Made by a program: the position numbers and the translations under genes. The notes beneath the pieces are model-generated. The model made no database searches. It was given only the letters and a program-made list of their open reading frames with translations, and was not told the origin of the DNA. Positions 51,546 through 64,000 of a DNA stretch of 64,000 bases are shown here, one piece after another. Position 1 is the first letter of the stretch, and every line of letters begins with the position of its first letter. Origin of the DNA: the human T2T-CHM13v2.0 reference genome, Homo sapiens; contig CP068257.2 in the NCBI GenBank assembly GCA_009914755.4, positions 13,120,001 to 13,184,000 of the forward strand. The letters run 5' to 3'.

Positions 51546-54500
51546 ATTATTTCAAATCTTAGTTCAACTCCTATGTTCTTCCAAGTAGAACATATATGCT
51601 CTTAAAAATATTCTCTCATTTTGAAACATTGGACAATTCAATTCTACCTACCATAAACATTTATTTCCAGTAATCTGGAAATGTTAGTATACATAGTGCT
51701 GTGCCAGCCTGACTCAGTCGTTAGACTACTGGAAATAAATCCTCACTTCACTAGATTCTAGCTGTGAGAGTTAGACAAGTTTCTTAGTTTTCTCTTCTAT
51801 GAAATGATGCTGGTGATGGTAATTACCTTACAGGATCTTTATAAGATTTAAATGAATTCATATATGTAAAGCACTTTGAATAGTTCCTGGCATACAGCAA
51901 ACGTTCAATAAATGTCAGCTAATGTATATTGTAATGGTATAACAAAAATGTGAAGTTTTGTTAGTATGGAAAACATGTATACATGGATAAAGTAGGGATA
52001 GCTATTTTTTAGATAATATACAAGTTGTGATGAAAGCAAATAAAATATGCTGAATAATTTGCGAAAACATTTTAATAAAACTATTCCAGTTGTTTAAGTT
52101 TAAAGGTTTATAGACAACTTATCTTTCTATTGTACAATGATTCTTCAACTGAAGAATAATGCTTATATATGTATGTCCTCTAAGCAGTAGACGATGCAGG
52201 ATAACAGCCTTTGCCACATTTCATTTGCAGACTATTAATGGGCAACAACTTTAATTGTTATTTATTTATGTTTAAAATTTAATGAAGATATGAATAATTT
52301 AAAATTTTTGTCATATTACAAAAGTGGAATATTAAACTTGCAATGTATCTAGCCATCTCATTTTCTAGAAGTATATCAAATGGAATTTATCACAGGAAAG
52401 ATTTATTTAAAATGTGAATAAGCATGAATAATGAATAATAGGAGTAGCCATTACCTATTAAAACTGCAATTACACAAAGAAGGAAATACTATACCAGAGT
52501 CATTATTTTCCTGTTCATAAATCTTATTGAAGGGACCACCCTTCTATGAACTGACACTAACTGTTTACTGCCTATTCCAAAATTTTCTCCAACTGTTGAC
52601 AAACCAATCACAAGGGTGCACAGCAGGGGATGGGACCATTTCTTCTACTAATCTTTTAGACCATTTCTCCTACGTATCTTGGCAGAAAACCTGTAACAGT
52701 TTGAACAGAATTGTGCACAATATGTGCAGCTCAGCCAAAACTCATTAAGTGCCTTTGTCTCATGCATCTTGTGAAACACAATATTGCACCCCTGATGAGC
52801 AATGCCTCCAAATGTTATGTTAACATTAAGATCACCAGAAACCATTAATTTACTAGTCAAATTACATCTCTCAGCAGCATTCAGACAATGTTCTGGGGAA
52901 TGATCTGCCTATCACCAAGTATAAATAAAATTTTAATGAGTGTTTTCCAGTACTTCAAACACAGGTTAAGAAAGTGCTCTAGAATATACTTCATGACTCA
53001 TGTGTTACAGGATAAGACTTTAATTTAAAGCTAACATATTCCGTACATTTTTTCCAGGTACAAACAGTATTTACACCGCTCTCTGGCTTTATTAAAAGGT
53101 GGCTTTCTTTCAGAGAATTAAGGGACGTCTTCAATTTTTAGCTCTATCTTCTTTTCATTGATGTCTATTTCCAGGTCCACATTTTACTTTGCCTCTGTTG
53201 CTGCATTGCATTCCACATCTGTATTTTCCCATGTCATAGGCTACTCCTAGAATGCCTTTTCTTACCTCAAATAAAGCCAACTACCAGTTATTTCCCTCTC
53301 TTTCTAACTGCTCTCAAAAATACACTCCATCAATGAATTATCTCTGACTAGCTAGAAGGCAGGGTGACCTCTTCCAATTCCCTTTGTTAGATATTCTCAA
53401 ACGGTCCTTGGTAACAGAAAGTGCAGTTATCACTATACCTTTCCACATATAAACATATTCATTATTTAAACTTACATTTTAAAATTAGGCTTGCTGTTTC
53501 TGTCCCAGATTATAAACCAAAAGCTATAAGGCTCTTTGCCTGACTTGGCATAGACTCTACAGCATCATCATATACCAAGAGGCATTTAATAAGTCGCATG
53601 CACATTGTTATCTACAAAATGTGGTAAACATAATAGCCAAGATGGTTAAATACTAATAAGTTATATTCCTCAACATTAGTCATTTCTTCAACTAAATTTT
53701 CTAGCATCCTTATTGTCTATCTTTACCTGGGACATAACCTTGATTGATAAGTGAGCAATACTTTATCTTCCAATGACAAAATCAAATAAACTACATGACA
53801 ACCTGAGCAATAAGGCAAAAATTGATCTTTAACGTTAATAAAAAAACCCCAAAATCATCAAAAAATAGATCAATTTAGCCATTGACTGTGGACAAGGCCA
53901 TCACATATAGGTCAAAATTCAACTGCGTTTGATCTAACAATCAAGAGGTCATTGTTTTCCCTTTGCCATTTGCTAAATTCTAGCTTCAGTCTGTCTCCTT
54001 TACTTCATTTTTTAAAGCATCTTAAGGCAATGATAATATCACATTTATTGATTTTGAAAATAATTCCAATTTAGAAAATAGTTATAAATGACAAAATTTT
54101 ATTGGTTTTGTTTTTAATAGATAATGGGCTAAGATATAAAAACATATTTTACAAATGTAAAATCCTCTTATTTTGAGTAACAACACAAAACGAAATACTG
54201 CTTCCTAATTTGCTGATAAATATATTAAAGGAGAAGGCAAATAAAATGATTTGTACAAGCAGCTGAGCTCATCATTCAATAAAATCCATAAGAATGATAG
54301 GTCATGTCCTATAATGGTTATTTCTAGAGACCTGAACGTGGCAATAATATAAGATCAGCCTTATTCAGAATTCGTGGCTGATGATTCAGACCAGAAACAA
54401 ATGAAAGCTTAGAACAACTTCTCAAAAGTTAGTGCTCAGTTTTGTAGCAAATACATTTTACTATTTTTTAAAAATATTTTTAAGCCTCAATAAAGAAGGA

Positions 54501-54918
54501 TTAAAAATATGAAAGTTCACAAGAATGTTTGCTCAAAAAAATAACAAGTTAGAAAAAAACAATCAAATGAAGACTTTGGAGCAAAGACATTAATGGCATG
54601 AAGCCTGTGATTAAATATGATGACTGAGGGATGATTCTGAAGCCTAATCACCTAGCACCAAATTGTACCTGTCCTGCCTTCTAGCTGGGCAATTAGGAAA
54701 ACTTCCTTAAGCTCTCTTGCCTTCTTTCTCTCATTGGCAAATAGGGATAATAACAGTACCTACCTCAAACACTTACGTGTTAATACAGACACAGCTCCTA
54801 TAACAGTGCCAGGTACATAGGATGTGCTACATTTGATTTTTTATTATTATTTCTGATAAGCTTTCATCATATCTTTAGTGCATTTTCTAATGGCATCTGT
54901 TTGTTTTCTTTCATTTGA

Positions 54919-55182
<264 letters not shown>

Positions 55183-56177
55183 TGAGACCTATTTCAGTGA
55201 AGCGTTCTTTTTAAAGTAGCAATTGAAAGTCCCCAACATGATGAGTCCACCGGGGTGAATAGTCTTCAACTGAAAGCCAGAGATAAAAAAAGAAATTTCT
55301 AAATATTAAAAATGCCATGATGATAACTTTGAAACTTAATTGCAAAAGATGGCGATAGCAATATCTAAAATGGCAATTGTCTGAAATGAGTGCCAATTAA
55401 AGGTCACAGGAACCTACAAAAAGGCTATGAGTGCTCCATTACACATTGCTAATTTGAGTAAATAGGGAAAGCGGCATTTATATGCAAATTGTGCGAAGAG
55501 AACATATTGCAAATATATTTCTACAGCTATGTTACCCATTTTCCTACTGCGTGTCTAATGAACAAGGGAGTTCCAGTCTTTATTAATAGCCTGTAGGATT
55601 AGCATTTGCTTTACAAAGAAATTGTCAATAAAAGAAAGGGGAGTTCCCAGAAGTTACCCACTCTACGAATCAGCACACTTACTACTAACACATGGATTTC
55701 AAAATTGACCAACACAGAATCAGAAACCTGTACCACAGTGTTTTAAACACTTCAGGCATGGAATGTAAAATGAGCACTAGCCGTGTCCTAAGAACAAATG
55801 TATTTTGAGCAAGAAAACATTTCAAAACTATCTTTGTTGTGTCCTAATGCTTCAAGCACTTTGGCCAAACAGTCCTACCATGTAAGTATCCCCCCCACTG
55901 GGATGCAATGGTTGAGGAAATTTCAAAATAGCTGTATCCTTTTAAGGAAACTATTCCTGTTGTTCGCTAAGGCAAAAGCTTGCGTGTAGATTTGTCTTCA
56001 AAGATCTTTGTCAACAGGTGTTAATAAGTTTGTTAATATCACAATTGGCTACTCTTTATGTACATTAAACACTAAGTATTAGAGAATAGAGTGATGATAT
56101 GTAGAACTTGCTATATAGAATTATTAATTTTCCATTTTTTCTGAGAAGCCTGCTGCCATTAAGGAACATCAGTTGGC

Positions 56178-56200
56178 AAAAAAAAAAAAAAAAAAAAAAA
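56178..56200. repeat. Poly(A) homopolymer, 23 nt
   Basis: 'ggcaaaaaaaaaaaaaaaaaaaaaaatcact' read directly. No recognisable SINE or LINE body adjoins it. Confidence 0.9.
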
Positions 56201-59200
56201 TCACTATCCCCTACAGCACCACTTCTGCGGTAGCTTTCTAGAAACACCAAACGCTACAAGCTTCTTAGGGATGAAAACAGTTTTTTATGCAAACATAGAT
56301 GAGGGCTTCACTTGGTGCCTTTTCAATTAACAGTTCTCAACAAAACCATTTCTGTACTGATTATTTCTGACTCTCTTCTATTTTGAAATGATTTCTCTGA
56401 CCAAAATTTATGTTGAAAAAACTCACAAAGATAAAGAAAATGTTACCTGTTTCCATAACACAATTTTTAATAGCATTTTCCTCTAAGATAGGCCAATTGT
56501 TTTTTTCTTATAGAATGTATTTCTCATGAAAAACTATTTTAGACATGAGAAGGTATTATTTTTCAAATGAATCATGACAGAATTTTTGTGAAGATGCTAC
56601 ATTACCCATACGAGGAACACTGTTTCACATTTTCCAGGTATTTTGGAATCCTACCTTGAGGAGAAATTCAACAGAAGACACTGTGGTCAGGACCTCTCTA
56701 GCTAAATGAAAAATTGACATAATTTTCTTCTACAGACAGCCTTAAAAAAATATTTATTCAATTCTCCAGATAATTTAGATAAAAATGATGTTTGGAGTTT
56801 GATTTGACTAAAAATATCACCTTTCCTTCAGCTATTTGACTATATGGACATGACCTCAGATGAACACAGCAGAAATGTGGAGTTTAGGTCAATGAAAAGA
56901 AATTAATTTATAAAATCTAGTGTTTCCAATTCTAGTGATGGCTTAGGAAACTTCACTTTCTCTGTTGATAAGAAAAATAATTATTAGTGATAGATTAATA
57001 AAATAACTTTAAAACCATGTATTTGACAGTTTAAGTAAAGTTTATGCTGTATAAGTTCAAATTTTACTGCCTTTTTAATAATGTGTAAATCATGTTGACA
57101 CTTGTAAGAAAAATGTCCATATTATTTTAAGTCCAAATTTTACTGCTTTATCATTTCTATTACGTATTTTGGAAATGGAAATCTTTTGACCTTAAAATAA
57201 TCAAGTAATAAAATAAAGTAGTAAAAGAAATTGAAAAGCCGTGCATCTGACTCTTTATTTCAAACCATTAAGATGGAAGTAAGAAAAAAATTGATGACTT
57301 CTATTCATAACCAATTGAAAAAGGAAGGAAATCTCTCTTTAGCCTGAAAGTGTATATCTAGATGAGAATGACCAAAAATGGATAAGCTCTGGTTGGTCAA
57401 TATAATGAGTAGTTACTGATGTACTGATATTTTTAATAGCTTAGCCTAGATGGTATTACTTTTGTAAGTTATATGTAAGAAATTATTTGGCTATTCACTA
57501 AACTTATTTTCCAAAAAGTGCTTTCTATTTCAGAAGCACTATGTTACAAATACTGTATCATAAAGAAAAATAAGAAAGGATAATGTCCTCTACCTTTGAA
57601 ATCTCAGTAACATTTTAATGTTAACAATGGTCTGCTTCTTTTTATATCAATGCTAACATAATACTGAACAGTCTTGCTTGAAAAAAATTCAAAAAGAAGA
57701 TAATGAAATATCCCAGAAATTTGTCACATTGTAGAAAGAAAGCCGCAATAAAAAATGTGAGATCCCTTTACACAACATATTTCTTAGCATTTGATCAGAA
57801 AGCTTTGTTATTGGCACTCACGTAATATTTCAATATAATTACCATGTTGTCTGCTAATCATTACTCACTAACTAAAATTACTAAACACAAAAACTATGCT
57901 TATTCCTATGAAAATATTCAGTTAAGGAGTTTCAAAGCATAAAATCTTTATTTTTAATATTACCTATTACATATTAAATCAAATGAATTAGAATACTAAT
58001 CCTGAGAAGTAACTGCTTACAATATAAAAATAGTATATCTAAATCTATTACTGATCTACGATTATTCTTCAGTCCAGTTCCCTGTACAAATCCAATCTGT
58101 GTCCAAGCTTATTTAAAGATGTCAATCTCATCAGAATTTAAATATGACACAGCATTATAAAACATATCTGGTTACTCAAGATTTCTACTAGCAAACATGG
58201 CTTTAAGCAGACCCCAAAGGCAAACCCTGCCAGAGGGGGGATTCTGTATGCCTATCCTTTTCCAAATTCATCTCACTAGAGTGACCGAGCCACCAAAGAC
58301 AGGCCACATCCCTGAAATATTGCTTAGCCCTTGTGTTGAACTATCGGGCATTTTGATACCTTTTCAGAGTTGCAGTCCACATTTCCCCAGTATTGGTTTC
58401 CATTTTCACGACTATTACAGGCTATTCTTTGAAAATTGTGTTTATAAGGGAAAATATAAAGTTCTCATCCATTGAACAGACCAAACTCCTAAGCTCAATA
58501 TATTTTTATCTTCTATGTATTTATGGTCCATGGCTGCCCTTCAGTTAAAGAATAAAAAACTCAAGTGAGATAAAGCATCAAAATATATATTATAGTTCCA
58601 TTTAGGTTTTAGCTTAGAAGGCCAAGGACATTGCCACTTAGGGAGAATCTCTGCCTCTCAACAAATCAAAGTGTATTTGCTTTGATTAGTTTCTTAACTG
58701 AAATGAAAAGGTAATTTGGATCATTTGTTGAACATACCAAACCCACTGGTAAATTCAGCCAATCAGCTATAAGGAGTAAAACAGGCAGTTAATATAATTT
58801 GTATTAATCATAACCACTGCAATTATGTAAATGTAGCTTGAAATGTTATGTGTTAATTTAGTATGCTACTGTTGCTTCTAGAGAACCTACGAATTTCTAA
58901 ACTCAAAGGCACCTCCAGAATTCCTGAAAGGTGTTGACACTGTCATCAGTTATGTTCCCAGATGACTTGGGTATTACGGGCTAAAAGCTACATTTTGTCA
59001 CATCTCACAAATATATCTGTGGTTTGACTCCAACCTAGTACTCTGGTTAAGCACAATTAAATAAACAAGCATAATTTATCCCTTATATTACATTAAGAGT
59101 TAGTGAACAGAGGTTATTCATTTACATCTAGGGGCCGGAGAAAAAAGAAGCACTCAATTGTCTTTTAGAATGTTTAGCCCTGAAATCTATTTTTGTACAT

Positions 59201-59896
59201 GAGTCTTAGATGCCTTCTGGATAAGGGCTCAGATCATTACACCAAAATGCATTAGTCTATGGCAAAAAAAAAAAAAAGAGTTTGATTATGTGAATGAAAC
59301 TAAACAAAAATCCTGGGTCCAGAGGAATGCCTTAAAACTAGGATAAGAAAATTGTGTTCTCACATACTATAAAAATACAACTTCAGGGACATCTATCTCT
59401 GGTTTTGGTTTTGTAATTTTAAGTTTTAGTCAAAAATTATTGCTCAGTCATGTCTTTTTTCTCTTCCTATTCCAGAGATATATCTCATGTGATGTAACAA
59501 GACGAAGGCTGTTAAGGCAGCTGCTCAAAATAAAAAGTCTCTAAAAAGCAATAGCTTCAGCTGTATCAAGTCTTCCCTGTGGAGCCATATTCAGGCACAT
59601 GAGCCAAACACATATCATGCGTCTTCTTCCTCTTGTACAAACTGAAAAACCAAAACACTAGGGGAAAGAGAAGACAGTAAAATCAACATTAGGCTTGTCA
59701 AGGCAACTTAATTATTTCGCCACAAATTATTGAATTTTATGTCATGGACTCACCCAAAATTATGTATTCTTATAAAGTAAGCATCTTTGATAATAGATAT
59801 TGCTATTTAACTTATGCCTTATCTTCAATTTAGAAACTGCAGTGTTTTAATGTCCCACATTTTAGATAATAAATGGAGTCCCCCATGTATAGCAGC

Positions 59897-60200
59897 ATGA
59901 TTTATAGTCCTTTGGGTATATACCCAGTAATGGGATGGCTGGGTCAAATGGTATTTCTAGTTCTAGATCCCTGAGGAATCGCCACACTGACTTCCACAAT
60001 GGTTGAACTAGTTTACAGTCCCACCAACAGTGTAAAAGTGTTACTATTTCTCCACATCCTCTCCAGCACCTGTTGTTTCCTGACTTTTTAATGATTGCCA
60101 TTCTAACTGGTGTGAGATGATATCTCATAGTGGTTTTGATTTGCATTTCTCTGATGGCCAGTGATGATGAGCATTTTTTCATGTATTTTTTGGCTGCATA
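59897..60200 (-). mobile_element. Inverted 5' segment of a short L1PA insertion (twin-priming structure)
   Basis: The reverse complement reads as L1 ORF2: '…tatgcagccaaaaaatacatgaaaaaatgctcatcatcactggccatcagagaaatgcaaatcaaaaccactatgagatatcatctcacaccagttagaatggcaatcattaaaaagtcaggaaacaacaggtgctggagagg…ccattactgggtatatacccaaaggactataaatcatgctgctatac'. Confidence 0.8.
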
Positions 60201-60757
60201 TACCCAAAGGATTATAAATCATGCTGCTATAAAGACACATGCACACGTATGTTTATTGCGGCATTATTCACAATAGCAAAGACTTGGAACCAACCCAAGT
60301 GTCCAACAATGATAGACTGGATTAAGAAAATGTGGCACATATACACCATGGAATACTATGCAGCCATAAAAAATGATGAGTTCATGTCCTTTGTAGGGAC
60401 ATGGATGAAATTGGAAACCATCATTCTCAGTAACCTATCGCAAGAACAAAAAACCAAACACCGCATATTCTCACTCATAGGTGGGAATTGAACAATGAGA
60501 TCACATGGACACAGGAAGGGGAATATCACACTCTGGGAACTGTGGTGGGGTGGGGGGAGGGGGGAGGGATAGCATTGGGAGATATACCTAATGCTAGATG
60601 ACGAGTTAGTGGGTGCAGCGCACCAGCATGGCACATGTATACATATGTAACTAACCTGCACAATGTGCACATGTACCCTAAAACTTAAAGTATAATTAAA
60701 AAAAAAATAAAAATAAAAGAAAAATAAACAAGAAAAAAAAAAAGCATCAGAAATAAA
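60201..60757 (+). mobile_element. Direct 3' segment of the same L1PA insertion (ORF2 C-terminus, 3'UTR, A-rich tail)
   Basis: 'tacccaaaggattataaatcatgctgctataaagacacatgcacacgtatgtttattgcggcattattcacaatagcaaagacttggaaccaacccaagtgtcc…gggtgcagcgcaccagcatggcacatgtatacatatgtaactaacctgcacaatgtgcacatgtaccctaaaacttaaagtataattaaaaaaaaaataaaaataaaag…'. It overlaps the inverted segment by ~35 bp of L1 coordinates. Confidence 0.85.
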
Positions 60758-61779
60758 ACTTGCCTGCTTTTCCAATCAGAGGCAACTCAACTGTGTAGTC
60801 ATCTAGGAAACCACCAGGGACTTCACAGATGAAGTTTCAGATGATACAGCCAATTTCAGTTTCACCTAACAGAAGCAAGAATAAAATTTAACTTTCCCAG
60901 CGTTTGATTAAATGAGTATTTTGATTCATTCTATTAGAATTCTACATAACTGGTAATATAAGTGTGCCACCCAAGCAATAGCGTTATGAAATCAAGAAAT
61001 GACTTTTGCTGGGAGCTTAACTCTAGAACCATCTTTGTTTCAAATGTATGACATTAGAGAAAAATGATTAGCCTCAGACCAAATAAATTGTATATTTAGT
61101 CATATTCACCACGGCTATGAATTTCAGTTCAGAATTCTGTCATTTTATTTCACTCACCAAATTCCTTAAGACTGAATATATGCCATAGTATCATATGCAT
61201 AAATGATGGTAAATGGCTTAGAAAAAAACAGAAAGTGGAAACACTCATATTCTTTCACCCAATGATGTACAGTTCCTGAGAAAATGTCTGAAGAAACTAA
61301 TAAACAACAGCATCAAAATAAACATATGTATAAACATGCTCCATACATTACTAATAATTTTAAGAGAAAAATAATTCTACATGTTTGCTAAATTATGTTA
61401 TATTCATTATGTGCCATATTACATAACTGTTAAAACTATGGAAAGGTGTATATTGTTATATGAAATAAGGAAAAGACAATATTTGAAGTTGCTGTTTTAG
61501 TTTGCTCACTTCTCAGTGCTATCTGTTCTCTCTCATTCCTCTTGTGAATTGCTAATACTCTGATCACCAATAATCTCTTAATTGTTCAATTCTGTGCCAC
61601 TGTCAAGTTGTTATTTTGGGTGACTTCAACAAAAGACAAAATAAACTCCACCATTTCTGCCACCACCCTCCCTTCCCTCATTTCCTACCACTCCTCTCCC
61701 TCTCCCCCACCCACCCCAAAATCACATATACTTTGCTCCTTTATTTGTGTTCTTGAGTCAGAAATTTGGAGATGTTCTC

Positions 61780-62410
61780 CTACCCTCTAAAATTATCTCC
61801 TAAATATCTGTTTAAATCCTGAGTTCGTCTCTATCTCCTGCACCAGGTTGTCTTAGTTCAGGCCCTCATAATCTCTTCCTTAAACTACTGCAACTGCCAC
61901 CCTCCTCATCTGCTTCCAGTTCCTCCCCAGCCTAATTCATCCTCCACCTTCCTACCATGTGCTTTTCAAAAATCTATTTCTGATCATGTCACTTTCTCTT
62001 TAAAATCATTGACTCCTTCAAAGTAAGAGATGCTCAAATAGTTTGTATAGCACGCGAGAACTTTCTCGCACCCCTCCTTTTCTCAATCGCCTCATTTCTC
62101 ATTGTTATGTACCATACCCCGTACTCTTTCTCACATGGAACTACTCGCATCTTCCCTAGATTCCACGACCTATCAGAAGCCCTGTCTGGTCTGTTTTTCA
62201 CCTCATTTGCCCCATGGACTCTCCTGTGTTCCCCTTTATAAATTTGAAAGCACTCTTTACATTATTCTAAGTTAATGGTTTATGTATGGATCTTTTTCAC
62301 TGCCTATAACCTGTGGTCAGGCATATTTATTTTGTAATACCAACTATATTATAGCACCTGGTACTGAGTAGAAACTTAATATTTCTTGAATGAATGAACA
62401 AGCAAATAAA
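61780..62410 (+). mobile_element. L2 LINE 3'-terminal fragment
   Basis: '…tctcctgcaccaggttgtcttagttcaggccctc…tgctcaaatagtttgtatagcac…ctgtctggtctgtttttcacctcatttgccccatggactc…agcacctggtactgagtagaaacttaatatttcttgaatgaatgaacaagcaaataaataaa' parallels the L2 3' end (…tgctcaaatgtcacct…cagtgcctggcacatagtaggtgctcaataaatatttgttgaatgaatgaatga). Confidence 0.45.
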
Positions 62411-63123
62411 TAAAGGACCTGCAACTATGCAAAATATGCATAGATTAAAAGTAAATGTGGGAAAGTAAAAACAGCTAAGTTCTAATAAGTAAATAAAAAC
62501 TTTTTTCTGTTTTTAGTTAATTTTTGAGCAAACTACTATTCAAAATAAAATATCTTAAAAATCTATAGTAAATGCCTACTTTACTTTCATTGATCAGTAA
62601 ATGCTGATTAGCAATACTCTCACTGCTTATATCACCAGTAACTTTTGTATAGACTAGAGCAAAATTAGATTTTTTAAAACAATTTTTAGGCCAAGTAGAT
62701 TTCCTGTGTAAAGAATGATTGGCCCAAAGTCACGATATATTCAAATCATTTAAGATATTATAATTTGGTCGTTTTCTTCTTATTTAAAATGAACAGGCAA
62801 TTTCCAAAAGGTTAGTTTAAGGTTTCTATCCTAAGTAGCAACCTTTGCAAGCTCATATATGCAGTTCTGTCTGTATGCAGAATGTGAAATTGCAAATGGG
62901 AATGAAATGCTCATCAATCAAACATCAAATACCAACAGAATCCAGGAAACACTTTGCATTTCCAATTATTCTATATCACTTTACATATCCCAAGATCACT
63001 GGCACATAAAACACCCTGTGAGAGAGAATAAAATATTGCGCTTTCTTAGATTTTATATATATTTTATATATATCTGTATATATATCTCTATATATAGTTA
63101 AAGATATATAAAGAGAAGAATAG

Positions 63124-63437
<314 letters not shown>

Positions 63438-63857
63438 AGAGATATTATCTCTTTAATCTGCCATGATTTGTCATGTATCTCAACTGATACTACTTTCCAC
63501 AGAAATATACTTTGCCTTTGATTTTATCATTAGCTAAAGTTACAGTGGAAAAAGCAAAAACAATAAATCTTGTATTATTATCGATCTATAAAATAATACA
63601 AGAGCAGGAGCCTAAATATTTTTTAGTCCTTACTTAAATCATATGATAGCAGTATTTTCCCACTATGCTGGCTGACATCCTCCCCTCATGGCCTAAGAAG
63701 CTTAGAACTAAATTAAAAACTGTAGAGATTATCTAGTCCAGTACTTCCCACCTTTTGCATGCCCTGTTACATTGAAAATAGTAATATTTAAGCAGAATAC
63801 TATGGGAGAGGAGTGATTACATGTGAACTACTATAGGTCACTGCTCTTAAAATCTTA

Positions 63858-64000
63858 GGCCAGGCACGATGACTCAGACCTGTAATCCCAGCACTTTGGG
63901 AGGCCAAGGCAGATGGGTCATCTGAGGCCAGGAGTTCGAGCCCAGCCTGGCCAACATGGTGGAACCCCATCTCTACTAAAAATACAAAAATTAGCTGGGC
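63858..64000 (+). mobile_element. Alu SINE, 5' part only (runs off the window end)
   Basis: 'ggccaggcacgatgactcagacctgtaatcccagcactttgggaggccaaggcagatgggtcatctgaggccaggagttcgagcccagcctggccaacatggtggaaccccatctctactaaaaatacaaaaattagctgggc'. Confidence 0.85.

Overview
This window reads as human (catarrhine primate) genomic DNA: AT-rich, gene-poor and dominated by interspersed repeats. I found no prokaryotic-style system (no CRISPR array, operon or dense coding region) and no convincing protein-coding exon, CpG island, rRNA or tRNA. The content I can support directly from the sequence is: (1) at least 11 Alu copies or fragments, several with intact target-site duplications (TSDs); (2) two long primate L1PA elements on the + strand, one full-length (~6.2 kb, 14135-20328, with 14-bp TSDs) and one 5'-truncated (~5.6 kb, 35892-41500), both with decayed ORF1 and ORF2; (3) a short 5'-inverted L1PA 3' fragment (59897-60757) consistent with twin priming; (4) many pieces of older L1 (L1M/L1PB-type); (5) MaLR LTRs (THE1-, MST- and MLT1-type), a MIR, an L2 3' end and a Tigger/pogo-type MITE with TA TSDs; (6) a full-length, diverged GAPDH processed pseudogene (9461-10733) with an 11-bp TSD inside an old L1; (7) several microsatellites and homopolymer runs. 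Every ORF in the supplied six-frame track of 100 aa or more, and nearly every shorter one I examined, falls in L1 ORF1/ORF2 remnants, the L1 5'UTR antisense strand, Alu-derived frames or the GAPDH pseudogene; the one exception (50386-50688) is listed under noticed_but_rejected. The suggestion of a novel biological system is therefore not supported. The interesting biology is the layered retrotransposition history: a four-level nested insertion stack at 9.0-21.8 kb, an L1 pile-up at 30.5-43 kb, a twin-priming L1, and a tandem LTR pair. Repeat family names come from recalled consensus motifs, not from a database search, and subfamily assignments are approximate.
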